64,000 nucleotides of DNA from Tubiluchus corallicola. Lineage: Eukaryota > Animalia > Priapulida. Position 1 is the stretch's first letter. Every line of letters begins with the position of its first letter. The notes below the pieces were generated by a model, which made no database searches, was not told the DNA's origin, and was given only the letters and a program-made list of their open reading frames with translations. The stretch spans positions 310,001 through 374,000 of the forward strand of contig JAQGDQ010000141.1 of the NCBI GenBank assembly GCA_030141605.1, written 5' to 3'. Below, piece after piece: positions 63,851 to 64,000 of this stretch. Position numbers and translations under genes: made by a program.

Positions 63851-64000
63851 GTGATTAACATTGTATTTTTTGCCATACCTTTCAGTTGATATTTTATAGT
63901 AGCTTGTTAACAAGTAACTCATTTATTTATTTTTTATTTTATTCATACGAAAAGTGCATTAATATAGCACAATTACTTAGTGCATTAGTGAATTTACAAA

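Overview
AT-rich metazoan (probably invertebrate) nuclear DNA with spliceosomal genes and many transposon relics; nothing prokaryotic was found. Left to right: (1) 5' part of a minus-strand mosaic secreted/receptor-like gene (signal peptide, Thr-rich linker, LDL-A, two C-type-lectin-like domains, Ig-like exon) that runs off the left edge; (2) a decayed CR1-type LINE with a 73-bp minisatellite; (3) RPL34 (minus, 4 coding exons); (4) an intronless CTP synthase (minus); (5) an orphan 277-aa ORF carrying six [D/E]HxY HCF-1-binding-type motifs; (6) VTI1A (plus, 8 exons); (7) an intronless FGD-family RhoGEF (minus); (8) the first coding exon of ZFAND4/ANUBL1 (plus). The most notable inference is that the only convincing TCT/5'TOP leader exon upstream of RPL34 lies just upstream of the CTP synthase ORF. 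CTP synthase would then be nested in RPL34 intron 1 and share its promoter and first exon through alternative 3' splice sites. All gene models were read by eye from splice signals and codon phases; no database search was run.
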